Assembly: GCA_963921275.4 (NCBI GenBank)
Contig: OZ001293.3
Coordinates: 1,152,001 to 1,216,000, forward strand
DNA from: an uncultured Hormoscilla sp.
GTDB lineage: Bacteria; Cyanobacteriota; Cyanobacteriia; Cyanobacteriales; Desertifilaceae
Length of the DNA stretch: 64,000 bases
Direction of reading: 5' to 3'
The notes below the pieces were generated by a model. The model made no database searches and was not told the origin of the DNA. It saw nothing but the letters and a program-made list of their open reading frames with translations. Made by a program: the position numbers and the translations under genes. Of the stretch, positions 23,080 to 33,653 are shown in pieces. How positions within the stretch are numbered: the stretch's first letter is position 1; each line of letters begins with the position of its first letter.

Positions 23080-23307
23080 ATGACAACCCCATTACTCAAG
23101 GAAATCTTGCAGCTAAGTATCCCAGAACGACTAGACTTGATTGAGAGGATATGGGACAGGATCTCTGCTGTTCCTGATGCCATTGAGTTGACAGAGGCAA
23201 AACGGCAAGAACTCAGCGATCGTTTAGAACGATACAGGCAAAATCATGCTTCCGGTTCGACTTGGGATGAAGTTAAGCAAAGAATTTCCCAATCAATAAT
23301 CATGTAA
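23080..23307 (+). CDS. Putative addiction-module antitoxin (TIGR02574-like)
   Basis: LSIPERLDLIERIWD..ELSDRLERY..TWDEVKQR pattern. Confidence 0.75.
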   Translation: MTTPLLKEILQLSIPERLDLIERIWDRISAVPDAIELTEAKRQELSDRLERYRQNHASGSTWDEVKQRISQSIIM

Positions 23308-23347
23308 AACTGATAATCTACGATCCCAAGCAGGAGGAGATTAAGCA

Positions 23348-23680
23348 ATGGATAAAATAGATCGTTATAGACAAGCGATGGAGCAAATTTTGACAGAACA
23401 TGCCGAACTTACGAGTTCAAAAGATTCTGCGGTAAAAGCGCAGTTGATATTCGATCGGGAACGGCACCACTATCAGTTGATTTATGTGGGTTGGCAAGGA
23501 TATAAGCGGGTATTTGGTCCGGTCATGCACTTTGACATTGAAGATGGCAAGATTTGGGTTCAGTATAACTGCACTGAAGATGCTGTTGCTGAAAGGTTAG
23601 TTGAGATGTACCCGCTACCGATATCGTGTTGGGTTTTCATTCTGCTTTTAAGCGTCAGTTTACTCGTTATGCGGTTAGTT
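23348..23680 (+). pseudogene. xisI: XisI-family protein with a distal frameshift
   Basis: MDKIDRYRQ..FDRERHHYQL..HFDIEDGKIWVQ; the IVLGFH tail continues in another frame after ~23610. Confidence 0.8.
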
Positions 23681-23690
23681 AAGGGAAAGG

Positions 23691-24168
23691 AGGCGATCGC
23701 AGTCAGAAGCCCGGGGACAAAAAAGCCGCAGGCGGGGTCTTGACAAAGTAGGCTGACATGGTTAGAATAAACCAAGGTGACCGGTCACCAGTCTGGCAAG
23801 AGGTGGAAATTTAGGTGCTAGCAGGCCCGGAAAGCAGATAGTAAGGGGTGTGGTCATAAGCAGTTGATAGCCGGGTGCATCTCAGATACATGTATATAGT
23901 CCGCGCAGGCGGGCTTTGTCAATGTAGCCGGACCCTTTAGGGCTCCTACCAACGGGTTTTGACCACACCCGATAGTAAGATATAATCGGAACATCAGGCG
24001 ATCGCAGTCAGAAGCCCGGGGACAAAAAAGCCGCAGGCGGGGTCTTGACAAAGTAAGCTGACATAGTTAGAATAAACCAAGGTGACCGGTCACCAGTCTG
24101 GCAAGAGGTGGAAATTTAGGTGTTAGCAGGCCCGGAAAGCAGATAGGTAAGATACGATCGGAACATCA
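23691..24168 (+). promoter_or_regulatory. Tandem ~175-bp duplication containing a promoter and palindrome
   Basis: TTGACA-17-TAGAAT at 23740-23768 and 24045-24073, each followed by GGTGACCGGTCACC (23776-23789 and 24081-24094). Confidence 0.75.
23846..23970. mobile_element. MITE with GGGTGTGGTCA terminal inverted repeats
   Basis: 9-bp target duplication GATAGTAAG at 23837-23845 and 23971-23979. Confidence 0.8.
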
Positions 24169-24169
24169 A

Positions 24170-25315
24170 GTGAGCATAGGAGGAAGCATTGTGACAGAAA
24201 AGCCGCAGCTACGAGAAAATCCCCTCGACGAGGATGAGAACGAGGATGAGGATGAACGATACCAAACAGACAGCTTGGAGTATGACCCTGAGAAGATTAA
24301 CATTGCAAGTAGGGAACCTACGATATTTCAAATGCTGAGACGAATTGATGAGGAAGCACTGGACTTAGCACCTGATTTTCAGCGTCATGCAGACCTGTGG
24401 AATAACGAGACGAAAAGCCGACTGATTGAGTCTATCATCATCCGAATTCCTCTGCCAGCCTTCTACATGGATGCTACGAATGAAGAGAAATGGCTAGTTG
24501 TAGATGGGCTGCAACGACTAACTGCCCTAAAACAGTTTGTCAGCGATAAAACACTGAGGTTAACTGGACTAGAGTACCTCAAGGATCTTGAAGGCAAAAC
24601 TTACGATGAAATAAGTCGCAAGTACCAGCGTCGCATTGAGGAAACTCAAGTAACTGTCTATCTGATTGACAAAGGCACACCAGAGCAAGTTAAATTCAAT
24701 ATATTCAAACGTCTTAACACAGGGGGATTGCCTCTATCAAACCAAGAAATCCGCCACGCGATCCACCATGGAAAGGCAATAAAATTGCTGGAAAGTCTAG
24801 CTAAGTCTGAAGAATTTAGACAAGCAACTAAGCTGAGCTATAAGAGAAAAAGCAGGATGGACGACAGAGAATTCGTACTGGGTTTCTTGGCGTTTCAACT
24901 TACTTCTTACAAAGATTGTCAAGATGGCAAAAGAGATGCTTTTTTAAATGAGACTATGGGTAAGATAAATAAACTTGATGATGCTGAAATTAATAGTTTA
25001 GAGAACAAATTTAGAAAAGCGATGACTGATGCAATAGAGATATTTTGCGACCATGCATTTCGTAAAATTTATAAGAAAAATAGGAAGAAACAACCGGTAA
25101 ATAAAGCGATGTTTGAAGGCTGGTCAGTGCTCATTAGTAATCTCAGCAATATAGAGCTGAAACGGTTGAAAGAACGCAATCAATTATTAATTGATAAATT
25201 TAGCGATCGCCTAGAAACAGATAAGACATTTGAGCATTCGGTATCCCAGGCAGCTAAAGATATAAAGTATCGATTTGAAACCATTAAGGGATTAATCCAG
25301 GAAGTGCTTTCATGA
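24170..25315 (+). CDS. DUF262 (ParB-like) protein, Menshen NsnA-like
   Basis: PDFQR, SRLIESI, VVDGLQRLTA, IFKRLNTGG. Confidence 0.85.
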   Translation: MSIGGSIVTEKPQLRENPLDEDENEDEDERYQTDSLEYDPEKINIASREPTIFQMLRRIDEEALDLAPDFQRHADLWNNETKSRLIESIIIRIPLPAFYMDATNEEKWLVVDGLQRLTALKQFVSDKTLRLTGLEYLKDLEGKTYDEISRKYQRRIEETQVTVYLIDKGTPEQVKFNIFKRLNTGGLPLSNQEIRHAIHHGKAIKLLESLAKSEEFRQATKLSYKRKSRMDDREFVLGFLAFQLTSYKDCQDGKRDAFLNETMGKINKLDDAEINSLENKFRKAMTDAIEIFCDHAFRKIYKKNRKKQPVNKAMFEGWSVLISNLSNIELKRLKERNQLLIDKFSDRLETDKTFEHSVSQAAKDIKYRFETIKGLIQEVLS

Positions 25316-26406
25316 TTAACTCACTGCGCTTACAAAACTTCAAACCTTTTCAGGAACAGTACCTACATTTCAGGCCACTCACCCTGTTGTCTGGTCTCAA
25401 TAGTAGTGGCAAATCTTCCGTACTGCAAGCACTTCTGTTGCTGCGTCAATCTTACCAACAAGGCTTATTACTTGAGAAAGGTTTGGCGCTGAAGGGCGAT
25501 TTGGTTTGTATTGGGACGGCTCAAGATGCCCTGTTCGAGGGAGCAGAAGAGGACTCGATTAGTTTTGATATTGTCTGGGAAAATGGTACGAAGGGGACGT
25601 GGCACTTCGACTACGATCGAGAAGTAGATGTGTTGGCTCTTGCCTCATCACCAGTTACAAATGTAGTCTATCAATCGAGTCTTTTCAGCAACAAATTTCA
25701 CTACATAATGGCAGAACGTATCGGTCCCCGTCTATTCTTCGAGATGTCAAATTTCCAGGTGCGACAGCAGGGACAACTAGGAAGTAAAGGTGAATATACC
25801 GCCCACTTCCTGAAAATTAATGGAGGTAAAGTAATTCCCAACAGTAGAGTGAGCCATCCAGAGGCAAAATCCCAGGATTTGATCCACCAAGTCGAGGCAT
25901 GGATGGGAGAAGTCAGTCCTGGAACGCGCATCAAAATTGACCCGAAATTAGATGTAGATCTGATGAGTTTCCAATACTCCTATGGAGACAGCAACCCCTA
26001 CCGGGCTACCAATGTTGGGTTTGGCATTACCTACACCTTACCAGTTATTGTCGCAGCGTTGGCATCAGAACCAGGTACATTAATCCTCATGGAAAACCCC
26101 GAAGCTCATCTCCATCCCAAAGGTCAAGCCAAAATTGGCGAGTTGTTGGCCCTTGCTGCTAGCTGCGGTGTTCAGGTGGTAATAGAAACTCATAGCGACC
26201 ACGTGTTAAATGGAATTCGTGTTGCCGTTCATGGGGGTAAGGTTAAGCCTGATGATGTCCAGTTGCACTACTTCCAACGTCAAGTGAAAGACAGACAAGC
26301 TGTCAGTGAGGTAATATCTCCCCGGATAGATCGCAACGGACGCATCGACCAATGGCCAGATGGCTTCTTCGACGAGTGGAGAAAGCGTTTAGCAGCATTA
26401 ATATAA
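25312..26406 (+). CDS. ABC/AAA ATPase with DUF3696 tail, Menshen NsnB-like
   Basis: NFKPF, GLNSSGKSS, NVGFG, ENPEAHLHP, ETHSDH, WPDGFFD; ATGA overlap with the upstream gene. Confidence 0.85.
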   Translation: MINSLRLQNFKPFQEQYLHFRPLTLLSGLNSSGKSSVLQALLLLRQSYQQGLLLEKGLALKGDLVCIGTAQDALFEGAEEDSISFDIVWENGTKGTWHFDYDREVDVLALASSPVTNVVYQSSLFSNKFHYIMAERIGPRLFFEMSNFQVRQQGQLGSKGEYTAHFLKINGGKVIPNSRVSHPEAKSQDLIHQVEAWMGEVSPGTRIKIDPKLDVDLMSFQYSYGDSNPYRATNVGFGITYTLPVIVAALASEPGTLILMENPEAHLHPKGQAKIGELLALAASCGVQVVIETHSDHVLNGIRVAVHGGKVKPDDVQLHYFQRQVKDRQAVSEVISPRIDRNGRIDQWPDGFFDEWRKRLAALI

Positions 26407-26424
26407 CGGAGGGAAGAATAACAA

Positions 26425-27372
26425 GTGGATGTAGATATGGTGTTGAATCACCTTTCTCTGGTGACTCCTGTTGCTGAAGAGCGAATTGCACGAGAACTAA
26501 TGTCTGAGCTGATTCGCACTATGAAGACAGCGGTGAACTTGGGTGTAAAAATACTTCGGACTCAAGACAATATTTTTTATCTCATCCTTGCCCAGGATTA
26601 TCCTGTGGCTCGCTGGCTTAATGATAATCAGGTGTCTCAAGACGATCGGGATTTTTTACTAACTCTGTCAATCCAAACTCCTCCGATCGCCGATATTATC
26701 GATCCAGAGCTTGAAAACAGAGTCGGTTTGTCTGAGTTTAGGTATCAGGGAGCGCTCGCGACAGAACTGGGAATTGCTTATCTACTTGACGCACTCGCAA
26801 TGAGCTTACTCTCGGAACCTAGATGGGATTGCAGTCACTTAGAATTGGAAATAGAACGACTAGAAGATGATGAATTAATCGATGATCGCGCAGAAATTCT
26901 CCACGCCAGTCGCAGCATTCACGTACAGGAACACGCAGATTGGATAAAAAAACGTATCCGCACAGATGTACGTGATGGGTCCGATCTGTGGAATCGTAGA
27001 GATGAGTTATTTCCTCACTTAGAATTCTGCGATCGGGTTTGCGAACAAATGCAGGATCTGAGAACTGGTAACCCGATGCTAGGACAGGTTGTCACACGGT
27101 TATTTGAACTTGAGGAATACTGCCAGAATTGGACATCGGGATCTTTTAATTCAGACAATCTTCCGAGGGCGTCCCCCGAGAGCGAAATAACGCTCCAACA
27201 GTTCGGAAAGGAACATACTTTTAGATGTCCCGATGGGGCAGAACGTATTTTTAGTTGGCATCTGCGGATTACCAAAAGTTGGCGGCTTCATTTCTCGATC
27301 GCATTAGGACCGGGAAAGATAATCATCGGGCACATTGGTCCTCATCTCCCCACAGATAAATATCCTACCTAA
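26425..27372 (+). CDS. Putative effector, Menshen NsnC-like (possible C-terminal RNase fold)
   Basis: Third gene of the operon; C-terminus WHLR..WRLHF..IIIGHIGPHLPT. Confidence 0.6.
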   Translation: MDVDMVLNHLSLVTPVAEERIARELMSELIRTMKTAVNLGVKILRTQDNIFYLILAQDYPVARWLNDNQVSQDDRDFLLTLSIQTPPIADIIDPELENRVGLSEFRYQGALATELGIAYLLDALAMSLLSEPRWDCSHLELEIERLEDDELIDDRAEILHASRSIHVQEHADWIKKRIRTDVRDGSDLWNRRDELFPHLEFCDRVCEQMQDLRTGNPMLGQVVTRLFELEEYCQNWTSGSFNSDNLPRASPESEITLQQFGKEHTFRCPDGAERIFSWHLRITKSWRLHFSIALGPGKIIIGHIGPHLPTDKYPT

Positions 27373-27877
27373 TTACCTCAAGTGAGGCGATCGCACTTTT
27401 ACCTGTTGGGTTTCATGCTTCCACCCAACCTACAATATAGGCGATCGCTGATGCTACCAATGATTAACGTTTTTGTTATATAATGATTATCCTACCTACT
27501 TAGAGCTAATTTAAAATGCAACAAAACTGGTTAAAAGTCGAACAATTAAAAGCGATAGCCGCGATCGCACTTTCTTTGATTATTTTGGCGATCGCCCCGA
27601 TTTTTATCAAATTACTTGAAGGCGAAATCGGTACCAACGCTACTATTTTCAACCGTCTTTGGGGTGCTGCAATTATTTTTGGATTTTGGAGTGGACTTTC
27701 GAGAATTAAAAGTCAAAAAGCCAACTCCTCCAAAGAGACCAGGAAAAAAGACTATCTACTTTTATGGGTGCATCTCAGTTAGGCGATGAGTATATTTACT
27801 CAGCACAAGTGGATTTACTGAGTCTGATTAGGCAACTAATGCGCCATTCAGGTAGGCACAGCGATGCTTCAACACCT

Positions 27878-29624
27878 ACGGTCCGCGGACGGCCCGAAAA
27901 ATCGGCACATTCTCGGCTCGCCATTGTGCCCCCGGTAATTTCACCCTTAACCCAATTTGTTTCACCAGGGACTCAACCCGACCAGAGCCAATCGAGTGCC
28001 GAGCTGCCTGCCCGTTCGCGCAGCGGCCCGACGCCAGGAGGGCTAGCCTGGTAGTCAATGATGCGCGTCTGATGGTGCTTCAAGTAGTTGATCAACCCTG
28101 TGGCTCCCCGACATTGCTGTTGGCGCAGATAACTAATCGCCCTCTGGGTCTCCCCTCGCCACAGGAGTGCACGGTCCGCGGACGGCCCGAAAAATCGGAT
28201 CTGCACGGTCCGCGGACGGCCCGAAAAATCGGATTGAGCCGGTGTCCCTTGCACCTTATTGGCATTTTCCATTAGGTGATACCAATCGAGCACTTCGATA
28301 CGTTGTTCTGGTGTCCCGATACCACTGAAAATGTTCCACACCCCATCATGACCATCTCCGAGACCGGTGAACTGCGCCCCTAGGGGCTGGGCATTCACCC
28401 ACTCAAGCAGCCCTTGATTATCCTTGAAGAAAGCCACACTGCCTTGCTCATGGACATTTAAGGCTTTGTATTCTCGCCACTCACCAGGTTGACCCTCCAC
28501 GGTCCGCGGACGGCCCGAAAAATCGGTACGAAGGCGAATCATGCCGCCATCCAAGCTGAGCTCCTGAATCGGTTCAGCTATCTCGGTCGGGGTCGAGCTG
28601 GTACTCACGTACCAACCCTCCAAGAGCGAAACCTGAAGAGCGACTTTTACCGCACACGGCTACTGGTTGGTAAGCTGCTGTCATCAGTAGGATTACTGGG
28701 GGTTACCCCCGTTGTCCCTTACCCTTTGAAATTTTACCCCTTATGGTCAATCCTATTGGACCGTTTAAGTACTTAGCTCCGGAAGGTTCGCGGAGGATAG
28801 TTCAGCAAACCATACTCGCCGCTCTTTACTAACATCTTCCCCATTCTGCTTTCCGCTTTTCGTAGGGGCTCTGAACTTTACCTGGCTAAGATTTGAATCC
28901 AAGATTCGTACTTTTGGAATTTCTTCCTAGTTCTGTGACATTAAGGTTACTTTTCCCAAGGGTGTCTTACCATATCCGTCCTACGTCTGCATATCCACAA
29001 GCATTACCCCGGGCGTTGGCTTCTTAGGACATCCTTCCTCTTCGTGGCTTGCGCTTTACATCTAACTTGTCCAAATGGGGACAGCTCACGAGAGGTTACT
29101 CCGTTCCCTGGTATCATTTCGCGATGCTTTTAGGTTCCTACTATACCCCGAGAGTTCTTTGAGTACGTTATTAGCCAGAGGCAAGAGCTAATACTAACTA
29201 CCATTTCCCTTTTTGGGCAAGCGCATAAGCCTTCTTCCGCTGGTTCTGGTTAACGAGGTTTACATAGGTTCGCTTGTTCTAACCATTAACATCTTTCCTA
29301 GCGGCGTCACCGGCTTAGGCTGCCAGTTATCCTACATTTAAGTCCTCGCTCCACACCACGGTGATGTGACTCCGCAGCACCTCCGACCGGTAGTACCCTC
29401 GACCCCCGTACCTGGGGAAGGGGAATTTAACCCCCATGATAACCAGAGTTATCTGGCTGATAGAGCCAGACCCGACTTTCACCTACTGGCTTATGCCGGA
29501 ACGAATCGCACTACCTCAGACCAGTCCTCTCGTTGAACAAAGCGTTGGAGCGTACTGTGGGAGATGCTCACCCCAGTCAGCATCGCGAGATCTTTTACGG
29601 TCCGCGGACGGCCCGAAAAATCGG
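27878..29624. repeat. Five identical copies of a 24-nt inserted repeat
   Basis: ACGGTCCGCGGACGGCCCGAAAAATCGG at 27878, 28171, 28205, 28499 and 29597. Confidence 0.9.
28585..29511 (-). ncRNA. ORF-less group II intron (927 nt) inside the transposase
   Basis: 5' GTGCGATTCGTTCC; DV GTAGCCGTGTGCGGTAAAAGTCGC..; ends CGACCCCGACC; splicing gives DWSEV-EIAEPIQELSLDGG. Confidence 0.9.
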
Positions 29625-30808
29625 CTCTCTGGTAAGAGGCATTGGCACTGACGACCCAACAACATTTTTCCACATACGGACTCCAACGAGTTCCCGGTTT
29701 AACTTGCAGTTGTTGGGCTTGAGCAGTGGTGAGGGTTAGTTTGCCCAGGATACTGGTCAGGGTGCGCTGTTTTCCGGTGCGGCGGGAAGTCGCCGTGTTG
29801 ATAAAAAAATTCCTAGTTGAGGCCAGACGTGTTCTTGGGCAAGCGCACGAACGTTTTTCTCAATGCCTTCAAGGGTGGTGAGTTCAGTGGGGTCGGCTTC
29901 CTGGTAGAGAATCGCGGCAATCGCGTCAAGATGTTGCTGGAGTTCAGCCTGCTTTTGGGAGTTCATGGGTCAAGGGTGGTCAACAGTGCCTAAATTATGT
30001 ACCGTTTTGAGGGATACAAGCACTAAGTATAATTACTCATCGCCTAACTGAGATGTACCCACTTTTATTACTCGCCGGTTTCCTTTTCTGGGCTTCCCAA
30101 ACCTCTTGGGCTTGGTCTCTCCCTCGCACTTCCGTGGCCATTTCCGAACTCTTACATAATTTTACCCCCATCTTTGTCATTTTAGGAGGGTGGCTCCTAG
30201 GCGGACAACGATTCAATGTTCAATTTTTACTCGGAACGGCACTCTCAATTATTGGTTCTTGTCTCATCGGTATCGAACATTTATCTCATTCATCCGATCG
30301 AATTCAAGGCGATCTTGCTGCTCTTCTATCCGCAGCTTTCTTAGGAGGGTATATGCTCGTTGGAGAAACGCTTTGTTATAAATTATCGACGGTCACAATT
30401 ATGTTTTGGGTTTGCACTGCGGGAACGGTTTTCAGTATCCCCGTCCTACTGATTGCAGGGATGCAATCGTTTCCAGAATCTGTCCAAGGATGGATTTTTG
30501 CAGTTTCTTTAATCCTCACAATGGTCTTGGGGCAAGGATTTTTCTTGTATGGAGTCGAACGCTTGGGGGCGAGTTTGGCTGCCGTTCTTTTTTGGCTCCT
30601 TCCCGCTATTACCGAGATCGCCGCTTGGCTCGTTTTTTCAGAAATATTGAGTTATTTGGATTGGGGAGCAATGGCAATTGTTTTACTCGGGGTTTATTTG
30701 GCAATTTCGACGCGATCGCAACCCGCGCCCGAATTAAATGAGGAAATTGCTTCGGCAAATTAGAAATACGATTAAAGCGGGTTTGGGCTTTGTAACCTTC
30801 TGGATAGA

Positions 30809-31669
30809 TTATCCAGCAAATTGGTAGGTAGTAAGGCCAGGCACAGTTGTCTTTAAGCGAAACAAATCCCCTGCCAACGGTTGCTTATGCTTGCCTGCTT
30901 CTCCCAACGCCGCACAAGCCGATGTAATGTATAATTCATCCAAGTTTGCTCCCCCGAAGGTACAACTGGTAGGGCATTCGACAGGCATTTCAACTTGGCG
31001 TTCTAGTTTGCCTTCCGGATCGTAGCGCGTGATGCGCCAACCACCCCACCATGCACTCCAAATAAAGCCCTCCCTGTCTACGGTTAAGCCATCAGGTAAA
31101 CCAGCGCTATCATCATGCACAAAAACGCGCCGGTTCGCGATCGTGCCTGGGACAGCATCATAATCGTAGGCGTAAATGGTATGTCGCAGGGTATCGGTGA
31201 AATACAGGGTTTGGTTGTCCGGACTCCACCCGATACCATTGGCCATGCCGATCCCATCTTCCATCATCTGTACGGAACCATCAGGGTCAAATCGGTATAA
31301 AGCATTATGATAACTATCCCCTAAAGTTCCCGCCCAAAAACGCCCATAACGGTCTACTTTGTCATCATTAAAGCGCGTTTGGGGTTTATGGGCTTCTGGA
31401 TCGGCAATGCATTGTAGTGAGGATGTGGCATCATCCCAAAAAGCAAACCCTTTTTGAGTCGCCATGATGATACCATCACCAGCGCGAAAGGCAACCGATC
31501 CTACTGGTAGTCCCACTTCAAAGCGTTCGTGCTTTCCTGTAGCAGGGTCAAATTTGAGAAAACATTGGCCATCAATATCCACCCAATACAATACTTGCTC
31601 TTCGGGCTGCCATATTGGTCCTTCCCCCAAGGTATTTTTGATGGCTAAAACATGCTCGATTTGATTCAT
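30809..31669 (-). CDS. SMP-30/gluconolactonase family protein
   Basis: LGEGPIW, RFND, NGIGWSPD, PDGLTVD, PTSCTFGG. Confidence 0.9.
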   Translation of the reverse strand: MNQIEHVLAIKNTLGEGPIWQPEEQVLYWVDIDGQCFLKFDPATGKHERFEVGLPVGSVAFRAGDGIIMATQKGFAFWDDATSSLQCIADPEAHKPQTRFNDDKVDRYGRFWAGTLGDSYHNALYRFDPDGSVQMMEDGIGMANGIGWSPDNQTLYFTDTLRHTIYAYDYDAVPGTIANRRVFVHDDSAGLPDGLTVDREGFIWSAWWGGWRITRYDPEGKLERQVEMPVECPTSCTFGGANLDELYITSACAALGEAGKHKQPLAGDLFRLKTTVPGLTTYQFAG

Positions 31670-31916
31670 CGTTTGGTTCTTAACAACGGGTTCATCTCAA
31701 TTGTGCAAGGGCGCTAAGTAGTTCGTAGTTCGTAGTTCGTAGTTCGTAGTTATTTTCAAATCCTCTGATCTCCAACTACCTTAGGGTTTCAACCTGTATT
31801 ACATCATTACAGGATGTGCAGTTTAAATGCGCGACAGCTTAGCGCTACGGGCACTTCATAAAAGGGTAGTGCCCGATCGGGCACTACCCTAAACGCCCCG
31901 GAGGCTAGATTTGCTT

Positions 31917-32675
31917 CTATGAAATGCACTCCTTAACAACAGGCTCTACTTCAATCCCAAGGTTCTTCGGCAGATATTGTGCTTTGCGAGCCCAAGCCTC
32001 GTTATCTGTCACAATCATCCCCCCACCACCAGTGATGAGGATTTTATTGCCGTTAAAGCTGAAACAGGCGATATCCCCTAGATGCCCCACCATACGCCCC
32101 TGATATTTTGCTCCCAAGCTTTCCGTGGCATCTTCAATGACGACAAGGTTGTATTTACGGGCCACGTCCAATATTGGCTCCATATCAACTGGGTGTCCCA
32201 AAATGTGAACGGGCATGATAGCTTTCACGCGGCGACCAGTATGCTTATTGCGTACTTCTCCGTCTTGAAAATTGCATTCTCGTTCTAGAAAGTCCGCGAC
32301 ATTCTGAGGAGACATTTGCCAATACTCTGGCTCGGCATCAATAAATAGAGGCCAAGCGCCTGCATAGCGGATGGCATTCGCTGGGGCAATGAATGTTAGG
32401 GTCGAGACGAGAACTTCATCGTCAGGCTCGATACCAGCTACTAATAATGCTACGTGTAAGGCTGATGTGCCATTGACTGTTGCAACAGCATGATTCGTCC
32501 CCACATAGTCCGCCACCATTTCCTCGAAGCGGTTTACATAAGCCCCAACGGAGGAAACCCAGTTGGTATCGAGGCACTCCTTGATATATTTCCACTCGTT
32601 GCCTCTAATTTCGGGAACGCACAGGGGAATAAAGCCTTCAGCAGAAGGAACTCCTGGTTCAAAGGGCGTAGACAT
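31917..32675 (-). pseudogene. LegC-like DegT/DnrJ aminotransferase, 3' truncated
   Basis: WVSSVG, NGTSALH, EDATESLG, SFNGNKI; ends shortly after KAQYL, far short of family length. Confidence 0.8.
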
Positions 32676-33640
32676 CTGGTCGATACCTCTCAATATGCTC
32701 TTCTAGCCATGTAATGGTCAATTTCAGCCCTTCTTCTAGGCTCTGGCTCCCAACCTAGCAAATCTCGGGCTAAAGTATTGCTAGCGAGAAGGCGATCGAC
32801 TTCACTCCCCTCGGGTCGCAAGCGTTGCTCGTCCGTTTCTATGACAATCGAATGCCCCGTCAAGTCAGCAATTAACTGGGCCAGATCGCCAATACTAATT
32901 TCCTGTCCCGATCCCAAATTAACCGTTCGACCCATAGCTTCGGGTGTAGCTGCAGCCATGATAAAACCATTAACCGTATTGGCAACATAGTTAAAATCTC
33001 GGGTCGGTTGCAAATTTCCCAACCTAATTTTTGCATTTCCTTTGAGGCATTGCGTAATAATCGTGGGAATCACGGCGCGAGTTGATTGGCGCGGTCCAAA
33101 TGTGTTGAAAGGTCGCACCGTGACTACTGGTAAGCCGAAGGAAAGATGAAATGCCTCCACTAGCTTATCCGCGCCAATTTTGCTAGCAGAATAGGGGGAC
33201 TGCCCTTGCAAAGGGTGAGCTTCATCTATAGGCACATAGCGGGCTGTCCCATAAACCTCACTGGTGGAGGTATGGACCACTCGTTCAATGTCCAGTTCTC
33301 GCGCCGTCTGTAACACATTTAACGTACCTTCTATATTTGTCCGTACATAAGACTCTGGTGCGCGATATGAATAGGGTATTGCAATTAATGCGGCTAAATG
33401 AAACACGATTTCCGTGCCTTGCATCGCTTGACATACGCTGTCGCGATCGCACACATCTCCCGCGATCGCTTCTATTTCGTGACGAACTGGCGATTTATCT
33501 AACCATCCCCAAGTGCCCAGGGCATTATAATGAACCAAACCTTTAAAATTGGCTCCTAATTCTACCAATTTCTCTGTTAGGTGGCTGCCAATAAACCCAC
33601 CCGAACCGGTGACTAATACGCGCTTTCCTTGCCAATTCAA
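32659..33640 (-). CDS. LegB-like NDP-sugar 4,6-dehydratase (C-terminal frameshift)
   Basis: GSGGFIG, HLAALIAIPYSY, QSPYSASK, RPFNTFGPRQS; the SLEEGLKLTITW tail is in another frame after ~32743. Confidence 0.85.
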
Positions 33641-33653
33641 AATGCACTCCTTT

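Larger units (their letters stand above)
27766..30060 (-). mobile_element. ISKra4-like insertion sequence
   Basis: TIRs GGGTGCATCTCAGTTAGGCGATGAGTA / TACTCATCGCCTAACTGAGATGTACCC; 8-bp TSD ACTTTTAT; transposase pieces LDGG, GDGHDGVW, LDWYHL and IGSGRVES. Confidence 0.85.
27516..30763 (+). pseudogene. EamA/DMT transporter interrupted by an IS
   Basis: Hydrophobic halves at 27516-27765 and 30061-30763. Removing the IS and one TSD gives DYLLLLLAGFLF in frame. Confidence 0.85.

Noticed and set aside
28489..28776. Short ORFs within or antisense to the ORF-less introns (also 18370-18603, 36954-37244)
   Set aside because: They are not conserved between intron copies and show no RT or endonuclease motifs.
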